DNA of 64,000 nucleotides from a virus (lineage: Duplodnaviria > Caudoviricetes). Positions within the stretch are counted from its first letter, which is position 1. Every line of letters starts with the position of its first letter. This document shows, piece after piece, positions 27,422 through 37,203 of this stretch. The notes below the pieces were generated by a model. It worked only from the letters and a program-made list of their open reading frames with translations, was not told the origin of the DNA and searched no databases. Position numbers and translations under genes: made by a program. The stretch lies in IMG/VR virus record IMGVR_UViG_3300027672_001796, one strand, 5' to 3'.

Positions 27422-30400
27422 ATGAAGTTTACGGATGTAAGGACGTTAAACAGTGTACTCAAGGAATACGGACTACAATCTGGTGCTCCAACTCCTGTGG
27501 GACAACAAGTTACCGGCGCAGTTGCAAAAGCAACAGCGGCACCTACTAAAGCACCTAAAAAAGATTTAGGTAGCCCAACAGTAACACCAGGATTAGACCT
27601 TCCTGATATCGGAGATCCTGAAACAGATACAGTTGCACCAACTTTAATGAAAGCAAAAGATTTTGATGACGGCGCTGAATACTTAGATGATAAAGGCGAA
27701 GTTGCAGGTAAAGTTGTAAGTAAAGTTGGCAAAGGCCCAGCTCTTAAAAAATTAGTTGTACAAGATCCTAAAGGAGAGTACACACTAATAGACCCTGATG
27801 AAGAATTAACAGTTGCGCCAATTACAGAATCAAAAGGCGGCAAGTACAGTAAAAAAGTTCATAAGAACGCTTTACGAAAAACATCTAAAAGCAAAAACAG
27901 TGTATCATCAGTTAAACAAAAAATTAAAAAACTTGCACGAAAAGTACAGATGCAAGAGCAAGGTGAAGAACAATTATTCGAATTAAACTTCAACACTAAA
28001 GAAATAATTGAATCAGCGTTAGATTCTCCTATCAAATGTGGATTTGAAGCAGAAACAGTATGGGGAGGCTATGTAGATTCTGATGCCAATTACGGCGAAG
28101 ATATTGACGACATGTCTTGGAGCGATATCGAAGACAGAATTATGGATGAATTTGGTAGAAGTTACTTAGACGACATCAACGAAGCATACCGTAATTGGAT
28201 CATGGAAGACAAGATGTACGAGTATGAAGGCGACCTTATAAGCGAGTTAGTTACCGAACGTAAAGAAGATCCAGAATACATAGAAAATTTTGTTGATTCG
28301 CAAGGTGGCCCTACAGAATATGCAGTAGAGAGATACAAAGAAGATTTTCGATCCAACAATCCAGAAGAATATGAATCCAGAATAGAAGATGGCTACGAGT
28401 ACATGAACTGGGTGAGAGAAATTGTTGAAGAAGAAATGGAAGACGAATTCATCGAATGGTTAGAACAAGACATCCGAGATAACGGAGAAGTATTTGACGC
28501 CGCCATGGAAGCCGCAGAGGAAGACCTATCTATATCGGATTGGGTAAGTGATACCTATGGAGGCATGAGTGCGATGTTAGGCGAGTTTGAAATTTGGCTC
28601 GCTGATAATAACGAGGCCGGTCTTGAAGGAATCGGAGAAGAACTAAGATCATGGGCCTATGACAATAGTCAGTCCACGCAATTTGAAGTTGGGGAATATC
28701 ATTCCGGTGGTATTAATAATGACTACTGGAGATTAGAAGACGACAGCAGTATCGAAGGCGATGGAGCTGGAGCAGAGATTATATCACCTGTGTATAATAC
28801 ACCAAGAGTAATGCTTGAAGAAATAAAATCATTGTTTGAGTTACTAGCAGACAGAGATGTAGAAACAAATAGGTCAACTGGCTTGCATGTTACTATGAGC
28901 TTAGACCCAACTCGACAAGACATGCCTGCAAATTCAGATGTTAATAAAGTAAAACTTGCTGTGTTGTTAGGCGACAAATATATAGCAAGTACTTTTGGTA
29001 GAGAAAATAACAGTTACTCTAAATCACAGTATGAACGATTAGAAAGGAAAGCGGCTGAACTTAAAGCAAATCCTAACAGTACAAAAACAATACAAGCAAT
29101 TGAAGAAATTTTAGAAGGTGCTATAAGCAGTGACAAGTTTAGTTCAATTAATTTTAAAAATCAAGCGGATAATCAGTCAGGTTACAATCTTATAGAATTT
29201 AGAATTGCAGGCGGTCATGATTACCACGAAGATATACAAAAAATTGTTAAGGCAACTGTGCGTTATGCAGAAACACTTAGGGCGGCATACACTGACGATC
29301 ATCAACAAGATTATGTAAAAGCATTATTTAAGTTAATCAATAACGTTGGTAAAATTAGTAATGATCTTGAGGACAGAGTTAAAGGTAGATACGAAGATTT
29401 AGATCACCCTGTCGTTGATGTGTTAAAAGGTTTCTTTGGCAAAGATCATTATATGGAAAGTGTAGGAACGTTAGCTCGAGCATTTAAACACTTATTCGAC
29501 TACAGAGAGAATATGGCAACAGATGCTGATGCAAAATGGGAACAGCGAGTAGCCCAATGGGAAGAACAGACTGGTGATAAACACGAAAGATTAAAGGAAG
29601 CACCTACACCACGTGAAGCCGCAATAGAAATAATGAAGCCTCAAAAAAGACCACCAAGTGTGCAGGCACCTAAATATCTAAAAGAAGCTCAAAACATGTT
29701 TAGTGCCGCAGTTGCACAGGCAGGGTATGACTTAAATCAAAACATGAATAGAACTCCGGTTAATGCCAAAGCAATTGGTGTGCTGAGAAAAACAATATCC
29801 GAATTTGAATTAACATATGAAACACTTTCTGAATTTGTAAATAGAAATTACAAGCAGATAGAATTTGCTAGAGGCTCTGCAGACCAAGAGACCGAATTTA
29901 GCAGAGTTAAAAATGGCGTCGATAGATTATTTAAGAAAGACATAATTGAATCGCCAGAATGGTTATCGCCATTGCAAGTTGAAAAAATTGTAACAGGAGT
30001 TTGGAACGCAATAAACTCTGAAGATCAAAGTCATTTAACTGATAAAGAACTGGCCCGTGCAATAATCAACGCTTCAGGAAATACGCATGAAGACGATGTT
30101 GAACGTATATTTAACGATGTAACGAAATCAAACTCGACTACCTATGAAAACTTATATCGGCTGATTGCAGGTGGCAGAGGCGACTGGTTCTCAGCTGGTA
30201 ACCCTATACAGGCTAAGGATTATGATACACTACTTAAACGATTAAAATCATATCCTGCATGGGATAAGCCTGTTGCAAGATCATATGATGCAAGAAATGT
30301 CAGTAACGACTCATACGCTAATACATCTATGAGATCTATGTTTGGTAAATTAGATAGACGTATGGATGCATTAGGTAATTTAAACAGCACAAATCCAGAA

Positions 30401-33400
30401 TTATATATTAACAGTTTGAAACAAGTCTTTAACAGTACAAAGCAATTACTTAAAGCTGTAGTCGAAGAGGGTGGGTTCTCCGGTGAACCATCTCGCGATG
30501 CTCCAAACTTCGTTATGCCGCCACGTAATCATGATAGAATAGTTGAGATTATGAAAGATTTAGAAGCAACAAACTATACAGCTAGTCCGTTTGATGATAA
30601 CGCAATACCGCAAGTTTATGGACATGTTAGGTCTTGGTTAGCAGATGCGTTTAATACTTTTAATCGATCAGAGCGAACACCCGAACAAATGGAAGAAATG
30701 AAGCCACGAACAGATGCGATTTCAAAATGGTTAAGTGGGTTAGATGTTATAGCACAGAAATTAGGATTCAGTAGCCAATCAGGTGCAATAGATAGTAAAC
30801 TGAATCAAGTACAAAAAGGTAAAGAATTTCAAATAGCAAATCACGGAGAGTGGCCCGCGACTATCACAGCATTTAACTATGGTGGTCAGGTATATGTTCT
30901 TAACGAGATCATGGAAATGATCCAGTTCACTCAAAACACACCAGGAATGGATGAACCAGTTCCAGAATTTTATGGACAATTTAATTTTAATAGTAGTATG
31001 TTTAGAAGTAGCACCAACGGAGTATTAGTTATACCAAATGCACATTACTTTATAGCTCTCGAAGCCTATGAAATGTTCACTAACAAAGATTACTTCAGTA
31101 AAGCTGGCTGGAGACAAACCAGAATACGAGCAATCCTTGATAAGTTCACTAAGGTATATGGCATACGTTTTGAAACTTTAGATAGTGCATACAAAAAAAT
31201 TAACCTACGTTTACTAAAAGAAATGGGCGTACAAGTTATAGAGAAAGGCGATGGCAGAGAAGGTTTAGCACCGTATAACTTTGCACCATTGTTACCAAGA
31301 GAAGAGATTAACGCTCCAAATGGAGAACCATTTGAACCAGGAAGTGCGGCAACATGGGCATTAGCGAATCCAGACCGCAACAATGCAGGCGTTGAGCGTA
31401 TCCGTGGTGTAACTGAGTTACCAATGGACGGTCTCGACGATGGCCCAACGGCGCCATTTCGCATAGCAAGAGCCGCCTATCCAGTATTTGACAAAATGAT
31501 GCGTGACGGCATGCAAAGGTATCTGCCAGCAGGCGCACCAGTAAATGAATTAGTTGCGTTTTTAAATAACCCAGAAAGACAACTATCGATCAAAGAGGCA
31601 GTGTTGCTGGTGATTTTTCAAGGCGGCGCAACGAGAGGCTCCAATGCCAACCAGCCACCTATCCTTACATTCCAGAACGCTTATTCAAGGGGAACCGAAG
31701 CCCTTCGGAACGGCGAGGTCCCTTACGAACAGGGTCCACTGGCAAGCTCCTCGGCTAACCACATTCCACATGACGAAAGTGTGTTTGACAAATTTGATAA
31801 ACTACCACTGGAAGAACAATTAAACTTACTTGATAAAGTTAACGACAGTAAATTAAATAAAGTGTTTGAAACACTCGCGGCAAATACAACATCATTATCA
31901 CCAGTTACAGAAGGCGAAGAAAGATCAGACATTCAGGCATTAATGAAAGATAAGTGCGACGAATGGTTAAACAGCGTACATCCAGGACAGTATTCAGGCT
32001 ATGACGATTTAGCAAGTGCTATGTTTGAATATGCTAGAGAGTTATCACATGATGATTTAAACAGTCCTTATGAACTTAGAAACTTCATGCACAATCCAGG
32101 CGAAGAAGCAAGTCAAGTAGTACAAGATGTGTTGGCAAGAACCGATATGAGCCACTACTTCCCAATACATGAAATATTTGGAGGAGGCGGAGTACCAGAT
32201 TACAAAACTATGCCTACTTATAAATTAAAGAGAGCAACGAAAGGTAAGCATAAGTTTTTTGTACCAAGTAATGAACCAACACCAAAAGGTGTAGCCGCAT
32301 TAGAAGATGTTACAGACACATTAACATTGCCTAAAATTAAAGTAGGTGATGAAGTTAAAGTAGGCAAGTTTAAGAACCGTAAAGCAGAAGTAACTGGCTT
32401 TGACAAAGACGAGAACAATCACCCTTTACTTAAAACTACTAAAGGCAATCAACAAGTATTTAAGCCACGTATCTCTAAACTAATGAAGGAAGGTGTGCCT
32501 AACTTAAATAAAATACGCATACTGAATAAGATACTAGCAGACCATTTTCCTGTAAGTGATCTTAAAAAGCAAATGTTAGCCTACGAAGCAATTCCAATTC
32601 CACAAATGTTAACAGACTTTAGAGGACTTAGAGCTGGTTCAGGTGACGATGCATGTGCTAGAGGTGTAGTGAGACATTATATCCAAGCATTAACCACAGA
32701 AGAACAGAAACAGATTAATTTACAAGAATGGAGCAAAAGCAAAGTTCGTGCATTAGTTGAATCCAAAGGCATAATGGGAAGGGTTACCGGAGATACATTT
32801 TTAAAAGGTGACGACAAGTTGGAGTTTCAACAAGTTGATTTGTATCCATTAGAAGAGATGCAGTTTGAAAATGCTGAATTAAGAGATGCTTACATACAAC
32901 AATTAGAACAAGAAAACAACCTACAAATAGAATGGACAAATAATCCTAACAATGGTAGTTTAGCATTTGGACTAGCAATGTTAACTGATCCTATGTTAGA
33001 TGATAAGATAACATATTGGGGTAGATACTTTAAACAAAAGACAGCAAACATGATGGGCAAGTGGAGTAACAGCCAAGTGCCAATTGGATGGAAATTACAA
33101 ACTTCAGGAGCATTGAAGCTTGATATAGGTATTGATCCACAGCACATGATTAAGACAGATGATCCATTTAACGGAGTCATGGAAGTAATACAGGCAGTTA
33201 AAACCAACTCAGCCGGGCATGACCTATCTGAAATGCTAGTATCTGCACTAGAGACTATACATACCCAACAAAATCCTGTGTTTCCAGGTCAAATAGGTAA
33301 TATGCCAGCGATAAGAGATTACTTTGGCGAGATTATGGGACCAGTTGCACTTATGAGTGATATGGTCGGCGGCCAAGCAGATGACGCCAAAGCAGAGTTA

Positions 33401-34084
33401 TTAAATGGTCAACCGTGGGGAAGTTGTAATGTATTTTGGCCCATGGCAATGAATGCTCCGCTAGTTGATAGTTACCTCACAGCACCAGATGGTACTAGAG
33501 TGGGTATTAGTAGCAAAGGCGGAGAAGGTGCAAAAGCAAGTGTTAAGAATATATTTGATGGTATTGCTAAAGCACCGGATGAAATGAAAGCACAATATCA
33601 AACAACCGTAAACATTGTAAATATTGTACAAGCCAATAGTGCAAAAGACGGACCGTTTAGATTAGCAGAATTATACCAACAACTACCGGCTGGGTTAGAA
33701 GAAGAAATAAACAGCTACATTCAAGCAGGCAAACAAGATTACGCAGGCATTAGTCCGGCGGCAACTGAATTGTTTAACTACGGAACGCCTAAACAAGGTA
33801 TTCCGGGATTTAATACTGGTTTTGCACTGTTAGCTCTACTGGCTAAAAAAGTATCAAACATAATCAACGAATCTGGCCCAGAGTTTGGACAAGGCTGTTT
33901 GGCATTCATTAACCAATCCAGTATTATACAGTTATATCTCAAGATGGGTAAACAAGGACAAGACACTATGGTGTCGAGTTGGCGGGCAATATATCCACCC
34001 AATTTCCGAGGCACAGTTACACTTGACGGAAGTAAAAACTATTACAGTTCACGGATTGGCGGCAAGTTCGCGTTCAAACTTTAA
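27422..34084 (+). CDS. giant multidomain putative head protein with amidoligase-like, KOW/SH3-like and C-terminal PD-(D/E)xK-like domains
   Basis: CGFEAE...EIISPV...STGLHVT...KFSSINF...IEFRIAGG (amidoligase-2 type); IKVGDEVKVGKFKNRKAEV; DYFGEI...LVDSYL...ISSKGG. Confidence 0.75.
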   Translation: MKFTDVRTLNSVLKEYGLQSGAPTPVGQQVTGAVAKATAAPTKAPKKDLGSPTVTPGLDLPDIGDPETDTVAPTLMKAKDFDDGAEYLDDKGEVAGKVVSKVGKGPALKKLVVQDPKGEYTLIDPDEELTVAPITESKGGKYSKKVHKNALRKTSKSKNSVSSVKQKIKKLARKVQMQEQGEEQLFELNFNTKEIIESALDSPIKCGFEAETVWGGYVDSDANYGEDIDDMSWSDIEDRIMDEFGRSYLDDINEAYRNWIMEDKMYEYEGDLISELVTERKEDPEYIENFVDSQGGPTEYAVERYKEDFRSNNPEEYESRIEDGYEYMNWVREIVEEEMEDEFIEWLEQDIRDNGEVFDAAMEAAEEDLSISDWVSDTYGGMSAMLGEFEIWLADNNEAGLEGIGEELRSWAYDNSQSTQFEVGEYHSGGINNDYWRLEDDSSIEGDGAGAEIISPVYNTPRVMLEEIKSLFELLADRDVETNRSTGLHVTMSLDPTRQDMPANSDVNKVKLAVLLGDKYIASTFGRENNSYSKSQYERLERKAAELKANPNSTKTIQAIEEILEGAISSDKFSSINFKNQADNQSGYNLIEFRIAGGHDYHEDIQKIVKATVRYAETLRAAYTDDHQQDYVKALFKLINNVGKISNDLEDRVKGRYEDLDHPVVDVLKGFFGKDHYMESVGTLARAFKHLFDYRENMATDADAKWEQRVAQWEEQTGDKHERLKEAPTPREAAIEIMKPQKRPPSVQAPKYLKEAQNMFSAAVAQAGYDLNQNMNRTPVNAKAIGVLRKTISEFELTYETLSEFVNRNYKQIEFARGSADQETEFSRVKNGVDRLFKKDIIESPEWLSPLQVEKIVTGVWNAINSEDQSHLTDKELARAIINASGNTHEDDVERIFNDVTKSNSTTYENLYRLIAGGRGDWFSAGNPIQAKDYDTLLKRLKSYPAWDKPVARSYDARNVSNDSYANTSMRSMFGKLDRRMDALGNLNSTNPELYINSLKQVFNSTKQLLKAVVEEGGFSGEPSRDAPNFVMPPRNHDRIVEIMKDLEATNYTASPFDDNAIPQVYGHVRSWLADAFNTFNRSERTPEQMEEMKPRTDAISKWLSGLDVIAQKLGFSSQSGAIDSKLNQVQKGKEFQIANHGEWPATITAFNYGGQVYVLNEIMEMIQFTQNTPGMDEPVPEFYGQFNFNSSMFRSSTNGVLVIPNAHYFIALEAYEMFTNKDYFSKAGWRQTRIRAILDKFTKVYGIRFETLDSAYKKINLRLLKEMGVQVIEKGDGREGLAPYNFAPLLPREEINAPNGEPFEPGSAATWALANPDRNNAGVERIRGVTELPMDGLDDGPTAPFRIARAAYPVFDKMMRDGMQRYLPAGAPVNELVAFLNNPERQLSIKEAVLLVIFQGGATRGSNANQPPILTFQNAYSRGTEALRNGEVPYEQGPLASSSANHIPHDESVFDKFDKLPLEEQLNLLDKVNDSKLNKVFETLAANTTSLSPVTEGEERSDIQALMKDKCDEWLNSVHPGQYSGYDDLASAMFEYARELSHDDLNSPYELRNFMHNPGEEASQVVQDVLARTDMSHYFPIHEIFGGGGVPDYKTMPTYKLKRATKGKHKFFVPSNEPTPKGVAALEDVTDTLTLPKIKVGDEVKVGKFKNRKAEVTGFDKDENNHPLLKTTKGNQQVFKPRISKLMKEGVPNLNKIRILNKILADHFPVSDLKKQMLAYEAIPIPQMLTDFRGLRAGSGDDACARGVVRHYIQALTTEEQKQINLQEWSKSKVRALVESKGIMGRVTGDTFLKGDDKLEFQQVDLYPLEEMQFENAELRDAYIQQLEQENNLQIEWTNNPNNGSLAFGLAMLTDPMLDDKITYWGRYFKQKTANMMGKWSNSQVPIGWKLQTSGALKLDIGIDPQHMIKTDDPFNGVMEVIQAVKTNSAGHDLSEMLVSALETIHTQQNPVFPGQIGNMPAIRDYFGEIMGPVALMSDMVGGQADDAKAELLNGQPWGSCNVFWPMAMNAPLVDSYLTAPDGTRVGISSKGGEGAKASVKNIFDGIAKAPDEMKAQYQTTVNIVNIVQANSAKDGPFRLAELYQQLPAGLEEEINSYIQAGKQDYAGISPAATELFNYGTPKQGIPGFNTGFALLALLAKKVSNIINESGPEFGQGCLAFINQSSIIQLYLKMGKQGQDTMVSSWRAIYPPNFRGTVTLDGSKNYYSSRIGGKFAFKL

Positions 34085-34090
34085 ATAACG

Positions 34091-34876
34091 GTGTTACTAG
34101 ACTACAGTAAGATTTATAGTAAACAAACTATGGATACTTCTGATGGAAGGATTAGTTACTCACAAGGCATGTTAAAATTTGGTGATGCCTTAGCCGCAAT
34201 AGGTTATGCATACGGTATTCCTTATTCCAAACTAATAGAAACGTTCCCTCAGGTTAAAGTACATAATAGATTTGAAAACCTTCAATTAAAGCACCCGGGC
34301 ATATACGATTCACGCAATATCACAACTGTATACTCTGCCCAAGACCAAATAGATTTTATTAAAGACAACTATACTCGCATACCTAAAAATATATTAGAAA
34401 TAGGCGGCGGCAGATTAGAAGTAGTAACGGTCCTAGCAGAAATATCAAGACAACTAGGCGTAGCACAAACTATTGTAGTTGTAGAGCCAGGCGAACATGC
34501 TCAAGAATACTTGCGAGAAACAGCAAGAAAATACTTTCCGAGTACTTGTTCTATATTGCCAGTTATTAATCTTATTAATATGCCTTTACATTCGGTAGAA
34601 GGAATAGATTATAGTAAGTTTGATACTATTTTAATGGTAGAGAGTTTAGAGCATATATTACCAGATCAGTTTGATCCTTGTATGGAACAGATAAAGCAAC
34701 AATTTAAAGGATCATTTATTGTTACTAACTGGTTAGAATATCATCCTATTGCAGTAGGTCAATATGCTCCAGCAAATGTGCATTGTAGATTAGTAGACGA
34801 TGCATTGTACGACAGTTATGCTACAATGGGCACGGTTAAGCATAGAGATCGTAGCCATCTTTGGATAGATTCTTAA
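34091..34876 (+). CDS. class I SAM-dependent methyltransferase-like protein
   Basis: ILEIGGG, VVVEPG and FDTILMVESLEHI. Confidence 0.7.
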   Translation: MLLDYSKIYSKQTMDTSDGRISYSQGMLKFGDALAAIGYAYGIPYSKLIETFPQVKVHNRFENLQLKHPGIYDSRNITTVYSAQDQIDFIKDNYTRIPKNILEIGGGRLEVVTVLAEISRQLGVAQTIVVVEPGEHAQEYLRETARKYFPSTCSILPVINLINMPLHSVEGIDYSKFDTILMVESLEHILPDQFDPCMEQIKQQFKGSFIVTNWLEYHPIAVGQYAPANVHCRLVDDALYDSYATMGTVKHRDRSHLWIDS

Positions 34877-34898
34877 CAAATCTTTGTTAAATAGTGTT

Positions 34899-36218
34899 AT
34901 GCAATTTGCTGACATTGAAAATCCGTTTATTAATTTTTTATACAGTTGTAATAAGGCTAACTTATTAGAACATGTACCAACACATGCCCGAACTTCGTTG
35001 TACGGAATGTGCCCACAGTTGTCTGATTACTGGAAACCTTTAAATGAGTTACATAAAGGCATTAAAACAATTTATGTAATTAGTCTTGATGGGATTGGAT
35101 CTAAAGAATTATATGAGATATGGGAACAACACCGGTATACTTGCAACCCATTAATACCAGGATACATGCAACAGACAGATTCGGTTATAGTATTTGATAA
35201 TAGTGCTGAAGGGCATTGTGATGATTACATGTTTAAGTTTATATCACAAGTAGTCAGTCATTATGAATTAGATTCTACTAAAACATATTATTGTAATAGC
35301 AGTACAAATATAAATGACCTCCAATCAAAAACACCTTATACTAACTTTATTACATTTACAGCTGATAATTATTTAGAAGATGCTATGACCGATTTGCATG
35401 AAGAACTACAACCTATGTTAGCACCATTGTTATTCAAAGAAGAAGCAGAAGTATTCGATATTGAAATGAACTTATCTAAAAAGTTTCTTTTTAGTTGCTT
35501 AAACAATGCACCTAAGCCTTATAGAGCACTATTGCTCGGAGCAATAGCCGAAAGCGGCTTAGACGGCTTCTGTAGTAGTCCTAGAGTGCCATATGACCAG
35601 CTTTATGGTAGTACAATAACGTATTTAAGCGAAGAATTGATTAAACAAACAATCTCTAAAGCAGATTTTAAGATTGGGCTAAAATGGCTAGATAAGTTAG
35701 AAGAACATTACCCTATTATATTAGACAATCCTAGTGAAGACAGTATTCATATGAAAGAGTTGTCTGCAGATGAAGAATTTATTAACAATTTATTTGATTG
35801 CGATCTAAACGTAGTAACGGAATCAGTTGTTGATAACAACTTGTTTGTGTCAGAAAAAATATATAAGCCTATTATTATGTGTCAGCCGTTTATTGTGTTA
35901 GGCCCTACTAACGTATATAACTACATTAATGAATTAGGATATAATACTTTTGATTATATCATAGATAATAAACTAATGAATGTAGACCATAACATTATTA
36001 GTAGAATTAAACGTATAATAGATGCACTCAATACACTTAAAAACACTAAAGCAAACCCTATTGCATGGCAAACACTTAATGATAAGATAGCAATAGATGT
36101 TGTACATAATTATAACTTATTTAATAAGCGAGTACATGGTTTAAAGACCGCCGGACTAGAAAGTTTGGATGGGTATTTTAAATATCGCCCCGGTTTAAAA
36201 CAGCCATTATATAGTTAA
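34899..36218 (+). CDS. glycosyltransferase-like protein (GT-B/GT10-like C-terminus)
   Basis: FSCLNNAPKPYR, LNVVTES, FVSEKIYKPI...PFIVLG and GYNTFDYIID; ATG 34899 lies 5 nt after TTAAATA. Confidence 0.5.
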   Translation: MQFADIENPFINFLYSCNKANLLEHVPTHARTSLYGMCPQLSDYWKPLNELHKGIKTIYVISLDGIGSKELYEIWEQHRYTCNPLIPGYMQQTDSVIVFDNSAEGHCDDYMFKFISQVVSHYELDSTKTYYCNSSTNINDLQSKTPYTNFITFTADNYLEDAMTDLHEELQPMLAPLLFKEEAEVFDIEMNLSKKFLFSCLNNAPKPYRALLLGAIAESGLDGFCSSPRVPYDQLYGSTITYLSEELIKQTISKADFKIGLKWLDKLEEHYPIILDNPSEDSIHMKELSADEEFINNLFDCDLNVVTESVVDNNLFVSEKIYKPIIMCQPFIVLGPTNVYNYINELGYNTFDYIIDNKLMNVDHNIISRIKRIIDALNTLKNTKANPIAWQTLNDKIAIDVVHNYNLFNKRVHGLKTAGLESLDGYFKYRPGLKQPLYS

Positions 36219-36234
36219 TAGTATAAATACAAGT

Positions 36235-36435
36235 ATGAAGATTAGTGAAATATTTGTAAATGAATCAATGGGAGGAATGACTTCCGCAGGATCAATAGCT
36301 ACAGTGGTAAAACCATTAACTAGTGATGTTCAGCGTGTAGTACAACGACCTAAGAAGCCTAAAAAAATTGGCGGCAAAAAGAAACCTGGACCAAAGACAG
36401 AAACGACGACTAAGTCCACAATCATAAAAAGATAA
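36235..36435 (+). CDS. small basic putative head protein
   Basis: MKISEIFVNE then GGMTSAGSIATV; preceded by TATAAATA-N5-ATG. Confidence 0.7.
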   Translation: MKISEIFVNESMGGMTSAGSIATVVKPLTSDVQRVVQRPKKPKKIGGKKKPGPKTETTTKSTIIKR

Positions 36436-36438
36436 TTT

Positions 36439-36660
36439 ATGAGAATTTTGCAATCAAAAAATGGCTCCACGATAGTCCACTCAAAAGAATTCCAGTTCTT
36501 TGACCGATTACGTCACGAAAACGGTATATATGAGTGTGACTTAAATGAATCTGAGCTTTACTCAGCAACCCAACTACGTCAAAGAGGTGTAGTATTAAAG
36601 GTGAATGAAAATGGTAAAATTAAATACAAAGCCTACCCCCAAGACCAAGACCAAACCTAA
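36439..36660 (+). CDS. hypothetical protein
   Basis: 73-aa ORF in operon order. Confidence 0.65.
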   Translation: MRILQSKNGSTIVHSKEFQFFDRLRHENGIYECDLNESELYSATQLRQRGVVLKVNENGKIKYKAYPQDQDQT

Positions 36661-37147
36661 GAAACTTAGAAGCAATTTAGCGGCTAAGAAGAAAAAAGAA
36701 CTTTTAACTAGGCTAGAAACTACTGTAAACAATGTAGCAACTAAAGGTTTGTATTTTGTTTCTGGTTCCAAGGAATCTTATTATAAAGTAATTGATAGTA
36801 AGAATAGACGTATTACATATACCGATATTAGTATTTCAGAAGCCGCTGATGCAATTAAAGAAATTTTAAATAAAGCATCTATAAAAGACCATGCAGTACT
36901 TATTAAGCAACTAAATTTAACAGTAGCTAAACATCAACCTGCTCTAGATAAGTTAATAATGGATCTTAGATTTTACCACCACACACTTGAAGTTACTGAA
37001 GACTTTGAAAAGGTGTGTATAGTTGAAGCCAGAGAGCAAGATGCTTATGGCAAATATTTGTATTTAAAAGACGACTATATTGGCAGTTTATACATTAACA
37101 GGACCCATTACTCACAGGGTATCACAAACATAGCAACATTTCGTTAA
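36605..37147 (+). CDS. hypothetical protein
   Basis: 180-aa ORF with a basic N-terminus, overlapping the previous gene. Confidence 0.65.
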   Translation: MKMVKLNTKPTPKTKTKPKKLRSNLAAKKKKELLTRLETTVNNVATKGLYFVSGSKESYYKVIDSKNRRITYTDISISEAADAIKEILNKASIKDHAVLIKQLNLTVAKHQPALDKLIMDLRFYHHTLEVTEDFEKVCIVEAREQDAYGKYLYLKDDYIGSLYINRTHYSQGITNIATFR

Positions 37148-37162
37148 AAAATTCTTCTTATT

Positions 37163-37183
37163 TGATAAATACAATTAACAAAT
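37163..37183 (+). promoter_or_regulatory. late promoter plus leader, exact copy of 42426-42446
   Basis: TGATAAATACAATTAACAAAT. Confidence 0.7.
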
Positions 37184-37203
37184 TTATAATATCGGGATAT
37201 ACT

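Noticed and set aside
36439-37147. Programmed frameshift joining the 73-aa and 180-aa ORFs
   Set aside because: The 56-nt overlap is explained by in-frame ATGs at 36605/36611, and no slippery site with a downstream structure is evident.
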